A DNA stretch of 64,000 nt from Thermoanaerobaculia bacterium (GTDB lineage Bacteria; Acidobacteriota; Thermoanaerobaculia; UBA5066), in assembly GCA_963719225.1 (NCBI GenBank), contig CAVRAY010000001.1, forward strand, positions 3,744,001 to 3,808,000, given 5' to 3'. The notes under the pieces are model-generated. The model was given only the letters and a program-made list of their open reading frames with translations, was not told the origin of the DNA and did not search any database. How positions within the stretch are numbered: position 1 is the first letter of the stretch; each line of letters opens with the position of its first letter. The translations under genes and the position numbers were made by a program. This document shows positions 36,766-45,484 of this stretch, piece by piece.

Positions 36766-37020
36766 CAGTTCCGCGACGGCACGACGAGCGCGTACCTCTT
36801 CGGCGGCGGCAGCTACCGCTACTCCGACACGGCAGGCAACTTCCGCCCTGCTCTCCAGGCCCAGAACTGGCCCCAGATCTACCCCAACGGCTTCCAGGTC
36901 TTCCCGGGCTTCCGGCGTGGCCGGCCGCTTCGAGCACCTCAGCGACTTCGGAAACTCCACCGACGTCAAGGTCACCGGCCGCTACGAGCTGTCGAAAGCC
37001 TTTGCGCTTCGCGCGTCGGT
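36766..37020 (+). pseudogene. Collapsed relic of a TonB-dependent receptor gene
   Basis: Translates AYLFGGGSYR..AGNFR..QNWPQIYPNGF / QVFPGFR, then after a frame change GVAGRFEHLSDFGNSTDVKVTGRYELSKAFALRASV; no start codon or plug domain. Confidence 0.7.
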
Positions 37021-37032
37021 TCTGACGAACGG

Positions 37033-37647
37033 TCAATGCACTCGCCCGACGAGGCCGGCGTCGTAAAGGCGCCGGTCCATCGGGGTGAGGGCGCGCACCT
37101 GCGCGCGCATGAGAAGCGGCGTGAAGCGCCGCGTCGCGAGATACGTGCTCACGTCCCAGAGGTCCTCCCCGGCCGTCTCCCAGCCGCGTCGGTCGAAGCG
37201 CGAAAGGTCGACGGGCTGCTCGAAGGCCCGCAGGCTCTTCTCGCCCTCCAGGTTGTAATAGGCATCGAAGTAGCTCATCACGAGCTCCCGGAGGGATCGG
37301 TAGACGGGGGACCGGAAGCGCAATCCCGAGTAGTTCGACTTCGCGATCGCGCCCCAGCAGCCGGCGGACCGCCTCTCGCGGAAGACGGCCAGCACGTGGT
37401 CGTCGTCGCGCACCGCGCGCAGCTGGACGACGAGAGGCGGATGCCCGAGCCGCCGCAGGGCCGCGGCCGCGAAGAGAGCGCCTTCGAAGCAATGCGCTTC
37501 GCGTGCCTCGAGGACACGGCGCGGCGACCGTGCCGTCTCGCCGCCCTTTTCCTTGTTGTAGAGGAGGTCGTCCAGGAAGCGCTGGATCGCGAAGGGCGAG
37601 CGCAGCCCGCGCGGGAGGCGTAACGACCTCATGGTGGTGTTGTTCAA
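37033..37647 (-). CDS. Conserved hypothetical protein with a transglutaminase-like Cys-His arrangement
   Basis: AHCFEGALFAAA, DDDHVLA, WGAIAKSNYSGLR; TTG start 9 nt after TAGAAT. Confidence 0.7.
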   Translation of the reverse strand: MNNTTMRSLRLPRGLRSPFAIQRFLDDLLYNKEKGGETARSPRRVLEAREAHCFEGALFAAAALRRLGHPPLVVQLRAVRDDDHVLAVFRERRSAGCWGAIAKSNYSGLRFRSPVYRSLRELVMSYFDAYYNLEGEKSLRAFEQPVDLSRFDRRGWETAGEDLWDVSTYLATRRFTPLLMRAQVRALTPMDRRLYDAGLVGRVH

Positions 37648-37661
37648 GACGCGAGGATTCT

Positions 37662-37976
37662 AGAGGGGGAAGAGAAAGAGAAGAGAAAGACAAAGAGGAA
37701 GATTTCTTAGAATGAGAATATGGAAGAGACGCCGTCGAAGCGCACGATCTCGGCTGGCGCGATTTCGGCCGGCGCCCCCTCGGCCGGCGCGGTCACGCCG
37801 CTTTCGCTCGCCGGCATCCCAGGGTTCGCGGCCGGATTCACGCGCGGAGCCCTGACCGCGCGTTCCTTCTCACCCGACGCCGCCGGCCGGGCCCTCACAG
37901 AAGGGGTCGGTGCGCCGGACGCCGAAGTGGTGGCCCTCACGCAGGTCCACGGCCGCAGCATTCTTACCTTCGAAGC
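37662..37976. repeat. Motif copy with long polypurine run (37662-37719, +) and degenerate partner (37961-37976, -)
   Basis: AGAGGGGGAAGAGAAAGAGAAGAGAAAGACAAAGAGGAAGATTTCTTAGAATGAG; reverse complement TGCTTCGAAGGTAAGAA. Confidence 0.7.
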
Positions 37977-38529
37977 ACCCGCGCGAAAGCGCGGGTACAC
38001 CCTCCTCGGCGAAGGCGACGGCCTTCTCACTTGCCAGCCGAACGTTCTCCTCCTCGTCGCCTCCGCGGACTGCGTTCCCGTCGTCCTCGCCGACCCCGAG
38101 ACGGGCTGGATCGCCGCCATCCACGCCGGCTGGAGAGGCACCGCCGTGCGTGTGCTCGACGCCGCGCTCGACGCACTGATCGCACGCGGCGTGAGTCCGG
38201 AGAACCTTCGGGCCGCTTTCGGCCCGTCGATCTCACGCGACCGGTACGAAGTCGGACCCGAGGTCCTGGCGGCGCTCCGCGACTCCTACCGCGGTATCGA
38301 CGTGCCGGCGGCGTCGACGCACGCTGGACGCGGGGACCGGGCTTTCGTCGACGTCGCCGCGTTCAACGCGGCGGCGCTGCGCGCGCGCGGCGTGCCCGCC
38401 GACCGGATGCCCACGCCGGCCCCTTGCACCGCGTCGACACCCGATCTTCCTTCCTGGCGGCGCGACGGCCCCGGGGCGGGACGCATCCTCACCGGGATCG
38501 TGTGCGCCGGGGCTCGTCACGCCCCTTGA
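37720..38529 (+). CDS. pgeF: YfiH/PgeF-family protein (peptidoglycan editing factor)
   Basis: QVHG, GDGLLT, ADCVPV, HAGWRG, GPSIS..YEVG, CT..SWRR. Confidence 0.85.
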   Translation: MEETPSKRTISAGAISAGAPSAGAVTPLSLAGIPGFAAGFTRGALTARSFSPDAAGRALTEGVGAPDAEVVALTQVHGRSILTFEAPARKRGYTLLGEGDGLLTCQPNVLLLVASADCVPVVLADPETGWIAAIHAGWRGTAVRVLDAALDALIARGVSPENLRAAFGPSISRDRYEVGPEVLAALRDSYRGIDVPAASTHAGRGDRAFVDVAAFNAAALRARGVPADRMPTPAPCTASTPDLPSWRRDGPGAGRILTGIVCAGARHAP

Positions 38530-39571
38530 GCTGGCCGCAGGCCGCGTCGGCTTGCAGGCCCTTCGACCAGCGCACCGTCACCGGAACTCCCCCGCCGGCG
38601 ACCGCCTTCGCGAACGTGTTCACGGCGGCATCCGAGGGCCGCTTCAGGGCGGGGAGCCATTCTTTCGATTCGTTCAGCGGGATCAGATTCACCTTGGCCG
38701 GCAGCGGCCGCACGAGCGCCGCGAGCTTCACCGCGTCCGCGGGCGAATCGTTGACTCCCTCGATGAGGACGTATTCGAACGTGATCTTCCGCCCCCGCTC
38801 GAGCGGCCACCTCTTCAGCGCCGCGAAGAGCTCGGCGAGAGGGTACGTGCGGTTGATCGGCATGAGCTCCGTGCGCGTCGCATCGTCCGCTCCCGAGAGC
38901 GAGACGGCGAGGTTCGGGCGTCGCGGCCGGCCCGCGAGGCTCTCGATGCCCGGCACGAATCCCGCCGTGGAGACCGTCGTGCGCTTCGGCGAGACTTCGC
39001 CTTCGAGGAGATCGAGCGCACGCGTCAACTGGGGGACGTTCAGCAGCGGCTCGCCCATTCCCATGAAGACGACGTTCGCCGCGTGAGGGCCGAAAGCCTT
39101 CGCGCGCGCGATCGCGAGGTATTGCCCGACGATCTCTCCGGCCATCAGATTGCGCCCTGCGCCCATCCGTCCCGTGACGCAGAACGCGCAGTCGAGCGCG
39201 CAGCCCGCTTGCGAGGAGAGGCAGATCGTGAGGCGGGATGCCCCGGGCGTTTCGGGGTCCGTCCACGAAGGCGTCTTCTTCGACTCCACGATGTAGACGG
39301 CTTCGATGCGTGCGCCGTCGGCGAGCTCGAAGAGGAATTTCTCCGTTCCGTCGGGAGCGGGGATCCGCGAGAGGATCCTCGGGACGCCGATGGCGAAGCG
39401 TGTTGCGAGCGCCTCGCGCATCGCCTTCGGGAGGTTCGTCATCTCGGCGAAGTCGACGGCGCGCCGCGCGTAAATCCACTGTGAGACCTGAGCGGCGCGA
39501 AACGGCTCCGGCGCCACGTCCCGGATCGCGCGCGCGACGTCCAGGGGTGGGAGGCCGAGGAGATCCTGCAC
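38489..39571 (-). CDS. rlmN: 23S rRNA (A2503-C2)-methyltransferase
   Basis: DGTEKFL, CLSSQAGCALDCAFC, VFMGMGEP, TFEYVL, AACGQL. Confidence 0.95.
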   Translation of the reverse strand: MQDLLGLPPLDVARAIRDVAPEPFRAAQVSQWIYARRAVDFAEMTNLPKAMREALATRFAIGVPRILSRIPAPDGTEKFLFELADGARIEAVYIVESKKTPSWTDPETPGASRLTICLSSQAGCALDCAFCVTGRMGAGRNLMAGEIVGQYLAIARAKAFGPHAANVVFMGMGEPLLNVPQLTRALDLLEGEVSPKRTTVSTAGFVPGIESLAGRPRRPNLAVSLSGADDATRTELMPINRTYPLAELFAALKRWPLERGRKITFEYVLIEGVNDSPADAVKLAALVRPLPAKVNLIPLNESKEWLPALKRPSDAAVNTFAKAVAGGGVPVTVRWSKGLQADAACGQLKGRDEPRRTRSR

Positions 39572-39605
39572 GTCCCTGTGACAGACGCGTCGCCCGACGC
39601 GTCGA

Positions 39606-40001
39606 TCAGCCGCGCTTCGCGACGGTGGAGCGGAGAGTGACGGTCGCCGCGGGGCGGCGCCGCGCGCGGATCGGCCGCGTGGGATCGATGCCGACCGACC
39701 GCAGGAAGCTCAGATCCTTGACGTTGATCTGGAACACGGCCGTTTCGACCGTGCCGCCCTCGAGGTCCGCGGAGGCTCGAGGCGCCTGGAGCGCGCCGCG
39801 CCGAATCGAGGGAAGCGCCGCCGACGAGCGCCTTCCGCGCTTTTCCAGCGCGACGGTGGCGTCGAGGACGAGATAGACGCCGTAGCCCTCGGCCTTCACC
39901 TTCGCGAGGATCTCGTGCACTTTCTCCGAGGACGACACCGACTCGTTGAGCGCGGCGCCGAGCTCACGGAGGTACGCGCGAACCTTTTCGTCCAAAGCCA
40001 T
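39606..40001 (-). CDS. Hypothetical protein
   Basis: Coding-like composition; LGAALNESVSSS...GYGVYLVLDATV and D.SFLRSVGI blocks; TAGATT 9 nt before the ATG. Confidence 0.6.
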   Translation of the reverse strand: MALDEKVRAYLRELGAALNESVSSSEKVHEILAKVKAEGYGVYLVLDATVALEKRGRRSSAALPSIRRGALQAPRASADLEGGTVETAVFQINVKDLSFLRSVGIDPTRPIRARRRPAATVTLRSTVAKRG

Positions 40002-40041
40002 CTGGGCGGCAATCTAGGCCGCTGTTGGCGGCGAGTCAATC

Positions 40042-40695
40042 GTGCAGGACGGGTGTTCGGTTTCCCCTCACGAACCGCTTTTCTTCTGGCCCGACGAGGA
40101 GCAGAATCCGTCGCCCGTGTCTGAGGCTCATTTCGTCAACGGCCATCCGCTCGCGCCTCCCTTCCCCGAGGGGATGCAACGCGCGCTCTTCGGGATGGGT
40201 TGCTTCTGGGGCGCCGAGAAGAAATTCTGGCAAAAGAGCGGCGTCTTCACGACGGCGGTCGGCTACGCCGGGGGCATGACGCCGAATCCCACGTACCGCC
40301 AGGTGTGCACGGGGTCGACGGGTCACAGCGAGGTCGTGCTCGTCGTCTTCGATCCCGCGGTGGTCTCGTACGACGATCTCCTCAGGACGTTCTGGGAAAA
40401 CCACGATCCGACGCAGGGCATGCGACAGGGCAACGACGTCGGCACGCAGTACCGATCGGGGATCTACACCTTCGACGACGCGCAACACGCAGCCGCCGAA
40501 GCCTCGAGGGTCGCGTATCAGAAGAAGCTCACGGAAAAGGGCTTCGGCGCGATCACGACCGAGATCCTGCCGGCCCCGGAGTTCACGTACGCCGAGGACT
40601 ACCACCAGCAGTACCTCGCGAAGAATCCCGACGGCTATTGCGGCATGGGGGGAACGGGCGTCTCTTGCCCCGTGGGCGTCGCGAAAAGCGCGTGA
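40042..40695 (+). CDS. msrA: Peptide-methionine (S)-S-oxide reductase (start uncertain)
   Basis: [40 protein letters not shown]-terminal resolving Cys residues. Confidence 0.95.
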   Translation: MQDGCSVSPHEPLFFWPDEEQNPSPVSEAHFVNGHPLAPPFPEGMQRALFGMGCFWGAEKKFWQKSGVFTTAVGYAGGMTPNPTYRQVCTGSTGHSEVVLVVFDPAVVSYDDLLRTFWENHDPTQGMRQGNDVGTQYRSGIYTFDDAQHAAAEASRVAYQKKLTEKGFGAITTEILPAPEFTYAEDYHQQYLAKNPDGYCGMGGTGVSCPVGVAKSA

Positions 40696-40758
40696 GCGCT
40701 ACGCGGCGACCGCGAACCTGAAAGGTCTCTCGCGTCGCTGCCACTTCCGCAAAAGACG

Positions 40759-41889
40759 ATGACGCTGCTCCAGCCTTTTGCCGCCGCTCTCGGTTGCGCG
40801 CTCGCGCTGGTCGGCTCTTCGACCGCGCCCACGCACCTTCCCGCGCTCTCCCATCCCTCCCCGGCCGTCCGCCCCGATTTCTGGCGCCCCATCTCGATGG
40901 CGGGGGCGCCGGCGCCGAGCGTCGACCATGTCGCGGTGTGGACGGGATCGCGGATGATCGTCTGGGGCGGCTTTTCGTTCGGCACCCGCTCGAACGGCGG
41001 GGGCCTCTACTATCCCGAGGGAGACTCGTGGACGCCCATGTCCCTCGCCGGCGCTCCCTCGGGGCGTTCCGGGGCGACGGCGGTCTGGACCGGATCGGAA
41101 ATGCTCGTCTGGGGAGGATTCACCACCGGAAAGGAGAACACGGGCGGACGCTATGACCCGGCGACGGATTCGTGGTCGCCCCTCGCGACGCCCACTTTTC
41201 TCGAAGGGCGCTACCGGCACTCCGCAGTCTGGACCGGTTCGAAGATGATCGCCTGGGGAGGGCACGACGACGGGGAACGAATCTACGCAGACGGCGGCGC
41301 CTACGATCCGGCGACGGGCCTCTGGTCGCCGCTCGCGACGTTTCCGGGGCCACTGGGACGCGCGAACCACGCGGCCGTCTGGACGGGATCGGAGATGCTG
41401 ATCTGGGGCGGCTTCGACGCGACCGAAACCGACTCGTTCCACGACGTCCCGACGGGCTGGAGATACGATCCGGTCCGGGATTCGTGGAGCGCGATGTCCT
41501 CCGTTCACGCGCCCTCCGCGACGCCGAATCCTCGTGCCGTGTGGACCGGCTCCCGATTGATCGTGTGGAGCTTTTTCGGCCCGACGCCCGCTGCTTCGTA
41601 CGATCCGACGTCGGACACGTGGGAACCTCTTCCCCAGCCGCCCGCGCTCGAGTGGTGTCCGAGTACCGGGTTGATCACCGGATTCCAGACGGTCTGGACC
41701 GGCTCGGAGATGGTGGTCTGGGGAGGAGGAAGCGCGCGCTATTCACCCTCCCGCTCGACGTGGGCTCCGCTCCGCGAGAGGGGAGCTCCGGCCTGGTGGT
41801 GCCTCGGGGGACAGACCGCCATCTGGACCGGCGACAGGATGATCGTGTGGGGCCCCGAGGGGGCTATCTGGACGCCCGGTTCGCCCTAG
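40759..41889 (+). CDS. Secreted Kelch-like beta-propeller protein
   Basis: About seven repeats of (H)xAVWTGSxMxxWGG...YDPxxDxW; signal peptide. Confidence 0.82.
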   Translation: MTLLQPFAAALGCALALVGSSTAPTHLPALSHPSPAVRPDFWRPISMAGAPAPSVDHVAVWTGSRMIVWGGFSFGTRSNGGGLYYPEGDSWTPMSLAGAPSGRSGATAVWTGSEMLVWGGFTTGKENTGGRYDPATDSWSPLATPTFLEGRYRHSAVWTGSKMIAWGGHDDGERIYADGGAYDPATGLWSPLATFPGPLGRANHAAVWTGSEMLIWGGFDATETDSFHDVPTGWRYDPVRDSWSAMSSVHAPSATPNPRAVWTGSRLIVWSFFGPTPAASYDPTSDTWEPLPQPPALEWCPSTGLITGFQTVWTGSEMVVWGGGSARYSPSRSTWAPLRERGAPAWWCLGGQTAIWTGDRMIVWGPEGAIWTPGSP

Positions 41890-43218
41890 CAGGCTGCTGA
41901 AAAAGGGCTCCTGAAAATCGCGGCGAGGCATTGACTGCTGCGCGATGCGGCTGCACCTTGGTGTGCATGCGTGGAGACAACGAAAAGCAGGTCGATCTTG
42001 TCGTGACGATGACGCCCGAGGAGCTCGTGCCGCGGGACCACCCGATCCGCAAGGTGAAGGCGCTTGCAGACGAAGCGCTCAGGCGTCTCGAGCCCAAGCT
42101 CGCCAGGCTGTACTCGGAGCGAGGGCGTCCATCGATTCCGCCCGAGATGCTTCTCAAGGCGCAGATCCTCATCGCGCTGTACAGCGTGAGAAGCGAGCGG
42201 CTCTTCTGCGAGCGGCTCGGGTACGACTTTCTCTTCCGCTGGTTCCTGGACATGCCGGGGCTTGCACCGGCCTTCGATCCGACGACCTTCTCGAAGAACC
42301 GCCAGAGACTGTTGGAGGCCGAGGTCTTCGAGGAGTTCTTCTCGGAAGTCGTCGCACAGGCCCGCAAGAAGTTTCTTCTCTCGGACGAGCACTTCACCGT
42401 GGACGGCACGCTGATCGAAGCGAACGCCTCCTTGAAGAGCTTCCAGCCCCGGAAGGACAAGGACGGTAAGGGCGGCGATGAGCCGCCAGCTCCTGGCGGC
42501 CGCAACGCCGATGTCGACTTTCGCGGCCAGAAGAGGCGCAACGACACGCACGCCTCGACGACCGATCCCGACGCCAAGCTCTACAAGAAGGGAGACGGCC
42601 AGCCTTCGCAGCTGTGCTACCTCGGCCACGTCTTGATGGAGAACAGAAACGGACTGTGCGTGAAGGCGCGCGTAACGACGGCCGACGGCTACGGGGAGAG
42701 GTCGGCCGCACTGGGCATGGTCGACGAGCTGGGCTCGGACAAGCGCATCACGCTGGCCGGCGACAAGGGCTACGACACGAGGGATTTCATCGAAAGGCTC
42801 CGAGAGAGAGGCGTCACGCCCCACGTGGCCCAGAACACCACCAACAGGCGCAGCGCCATCGACCGAAGGACGACGAGACACGCGGGCTACGCCGTGAGCC
42901 AGCGAATCAGGAAGCGCGTCGAAGAAATCTTCGGCTGGAGTAAGACCATCGGAGGCCTGGCCAAGACGCGCTTCCGAGGACTCGCCCGCGTGGCGGCTCA
43001 CGTCCTCAGCGTGATGACGGCCTACAACCTCGTCCGAATGGCGCGAATGGAGTCCTCGACCGCCTGATTCCCCCTGAAGCGCCCCTCGGTGCGACCGAAG
43101 CGGGCCGAAAAAGGCGAGCAGCACGGACTCACTCTCTCGAAGCAATCCCCTCTTTCAGCTTGACGTGTCTTCTCCCGCTCAAGCTCCTTTGAAAAAGAGC
43201 CCTTTCTTCAGCAGCCTG
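41890..43218 (+). mobile_element. IS5-family insertion sequence (1329 bp) with CTAG target-site duplication
   Basis: IRL CAGGCTGCTGAAAAAGGGCTC; IRR reverse complement CAGGCTGCTGAAGAAAGGGCTC; CTAG at 41886-89 and 43219-22. Confidence 0.93.
41967..43067 (+). CDS. IS5-family DDE transposase
   Basis: GRPSIPPE, YSVRSER, FRWFL, VDGTLIEA, TDPDAKL, DKGYD, RKRVEEIFGW.K, AYNLVRM. Confidence 0.93.
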   Translation: MRGDNEKQVDLVVTMTPEELVPRDHPIRKVKALADEALRRLEPKLARLYSERGRPSIPPEMLLKAQILIALYSVRSERLFCERLGYDFLFRWFLDMPGLAPAFDPTTFSKNRQRLLEAEVFEEFFSEVVAQARKKFLLSDEHFTVDGTLIEANASLKSFQPRKDKDGKGGDEPPAPGGRNADVDFRGQKRRNDTHASTTDPDAKLYKKGDGQPSQLCYLGHVLMENRNGLCVKARVTTADGYGERSAALGMVDELGSDKRITLAGDKGYDTRDFIERLRERGVTPHVAQNTTNRRSAIDRRTTRHAGYAVSQRIRKRVEEIFGWSKTIGGLAKTRFRGLARVAAHVLSVMTAYNLVRMARMESSTA

Positions 43219-43320
43219 CTAGAGCGTCCTCAGCGCGCCTCGTCGGCCACGATGAAGTACTCGCCGAGAAGACGATCCGTTCCAAAGCTGCGAGCGCGAA
43301 GGTTGTCATCGATCTCCCAC

Positions 43321-45396
43321 CTACTGGAAGTACCCGGTGACGTCGACGATGAGGTCGAGGGGGCCCGCCGTCGCGTTCTGCGCGTTGAACGAACCGGTGC
43401 CGTCGCGCGCCAACCCCAGCATGGTGTTGTTCGCACGCGTCCTGCCAGCGCGAAAGACCACCGTCTCGACGAGGGGCGGCGCCGTGAGATCGCCGGGATA
43501 CACGACGAGCCGGCCGTCGACCGTCGCGTTCGTGACGGTGACGTTCGCCGAGATCGCCTGCGCTCCTGCCGGAATGCCGCACGAGCCCGTCGCCACGAAA
43601 CGCCGGATGGACGAAGCGGCGAGGCGAGGTCCGCCGAGCGGTCCGTTCGTCTTGCGCGTGTCGAGGACCCGGCAGGGCGTGATCTGGAAGAAACCGGTCG
43701 TCGAGGACCCCAGCACGGTGGTCGACGCGAACACGCCCTGGCTCGCGTTTCCGTACGAGCCGCTCGCGCTCGTCTCCAGCTTCACGGCACGCACCATGTA
43801 CGTCCAGGGGCCGCCGGGCACGCCGGAATCCGTGAAGGACGTGCTTCCGAGCGGCGAGGAGGTGACACGCGAGAAGGGCCCTCCCGGATTCGGGGAGCGA
43901 TAGACGTGATAGCCGTCGACCGCTTCCGGGGAGGCCGTCCAGGCCAGCGCGGCCGTGTGGAAGCCGGGATTCACTGTCAGGTTCGAGACGGGTGCGACCG
44001 GCGTGAGCCGCAGTGTCGGATCCCCCATCAGGGCGATGTGGACCTGCGCCCCCGAGCTGTTCTGCGAGACGCGTGCCCCGTATCCGATCGTCTCTCCCAT
44101 GGCCATGTGGTGGACGTACCACGCCGGCCGCCCCGCCCACGCACACGTGAGACCGTAGGTCCTCGTCGCGAGCGGCGCCCTCAGGAAATTGTTCGAGACG
44201 TCCCAATCGCCGAAATAGCTGCCGAAGAGAAACGTGAAGGCGACCTTCGTATCGGTCGAGACGAAGTTGGACGTGGAGCCGACCCCGCTCGCTCCGGTGT
44301 AGTTCCCGCCTCCGCAGCCGTAGGCCCACAGGTACCCGTTGTTCGCCAGCGTCGTGAACCAGTCCAGGGCGAAGACGTTGGGACGCCCGAAGAACGCGGA
44401 GAAGGCCCTCCAGCCGGTCGAGGCGAAGGCCTCCCCTCCGAACGCGCCGAAGTTGTCGTCGATGAGACCCCGGGCGGGCAACGTCCAGACCGCGTGGCGG
44501 AAGGCGTGGTCCTTGTCGAGGTACTGGCCGAGGAGATCGCGTTCGGTCTTCGGCCCGAAGGCCGGCATGTTGGCGAGATCGACGCGGCCGACGGCGAGCT
44601 CCACGAGGCCGGGAGCGGAAGTCTGGTCGAACTTGCCGTCGCCTGGCACGTTGCTTTGTCGTCCGGTTCCACCGTAATTGACGGTGTCGGTCCAGACGCC
44701 GTCCATGTCGCCGTAGTAGAGGTCGGCGGGCCACGCCCCGATGTGATCTGGATGCCCGTCCGGCGCGAGTTGCCCCGAGTAAGGGACCGGAACGTGGCCG
44801 AAGAGAAAGACGGTCTTCACGCGCGTCGGAGCGGCCAGGTAATCCGCCTTGATCAGAGCCTTCACCGAAGGCACGCTTGCCGTTCGCAACACGTCGTGGC
44901 GAATCACCGACCAGCCGTCGCCGACGACGTCCTGCTGCAGCAGGTCCAGCTCGGCGGCGAGATCGCTCGCGTAGGTCGAGTCGACGACGAGGATCACCGT
45001 CCCGCGATCCTCGACGAGCGGCAGCGAAATGCCCGACGCGACATAGCCGTACCCGGAAACGCTCGCCTGCCTCGTGACCCGGTATTCGTACGACGTGCCG
45101 GCCGTGACGTTCGTATCGGTGAACCCGGTCGCGGATCCCGCCAGGGTGGCAATCGCCGTGCCCCACGTCGTGGCGGTCCACGTCTTACGGGAGACGACAT
45201 ACTGCGTCGCCCCGGAATACGAGCCCCACGAAAGCGCGATCTGCGGCGGCGCGGTCTGGACGGTCGCCGTGACCTGCACGGCGTAATCCGCCGCCACCTG
45301 CGCTGCGGCGCGGGCCGCGGAAAACGCGCAAACGAGGAGCGCCGCCACCCCAAGGCACACGCGTCCCGCGATACCCCGCACCGGATGAGGAAGCAT
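43321..45396 (-). CDS. Secreted FN3-containing protein with a gingipain(C25)-like central region and a PCRxxDTR...DVTGYF C-terminal domain
   Basis: Signal peptide, FN3 (LSW..Y...FTD..V..G..YEYRV), FLFGHVPVPYSG, ADLYYGD, ELAVGRV, second FN3, PCRVLDTR..CGIP..NVTV..DVTGYFQ; TATAAT 7 nt before the ATG. Confidence 0.7.
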   Translation of the reverse strand: MLPHPVRGIAGRVCLGVAALLVCAFSAARAAAQVAADYAVQVTATVQTAPPQIALSWGSYSGATQYVVSRKTWTATTWGTAIATLAGSATGFTDTNVTAGTSYEYRVTRQASVSGYGYVASGISLPLVEDRGTVILVVDSTYASDLAAELDLLQQDVVGDGWSVIRHDVLRTASVPSVKALIKADYLAAPTRVKTVFLFGHVPVPYSGQLAPDGHPDHIGAWPADLYYGDMDGVWTDTVNYGGTGRQSNVPGDGKFDQTSAPGLVELAVGRVDLANMPAFGPKTERDLLGQYLDKDHAFRHAVWTLPARGLIDDNFGAFGGEAFASTGWRAFSAFFGRPNVFALDWFTTLANNGYLWAYGCGGGNYTGASGVGSTSNFVSTDTKVAFTFLFGSYFGDWDVSNNFLRAPLATRTYGLTCAWAGRPAWYVHHMAMGETIGYGARVSQNSSGAQVHIALMGDPTLRLTPVAPVSNLTVNPGFHTAALAWTASPEAVDGYHVYRSPNPGGPFSRVTSSPLGSTSFTDSGVPGGPWTYMVRAVKLETSASGSYGNASQGVFASTTVLGSSTTGFFQITPCRVLDTRKTNGPLGGPRLAASSIRRFVATGSCGIPAGAQAISANVTVTNATVDGRLVVYPGDLTAPPLVETVVFRAGRTRANNTMLGLARDGTGSFNAQNATAGPLDLIVDVTGYFQ

Positions 45397-45484
45397 TTAC
45401 ACAATTATAGAGCGCTCGCTCGCCAAACCGCCGCGGCGGAGAAAACGAGACGGCGTCTCACCGGCACGCTAAACTCGCTGGTCC

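Noticed and set aside
40900-41860. Regularly spaced DNA repeats (GTCTGGACCGG...TGGGG) resembling an array
   Set aside because: They are in-frame Kelch-like protein repeats with synonymous variation, not CRISPR repeats; no cas genes are present.
43223-43320. Short minus-strand segment with an SD-like GGGAG and ATG (MTTFALAALERIV.../LGEYFIVADEAR)
   Set aside because: Possibly a gene remnant, but too short and frame-broken to support a call.
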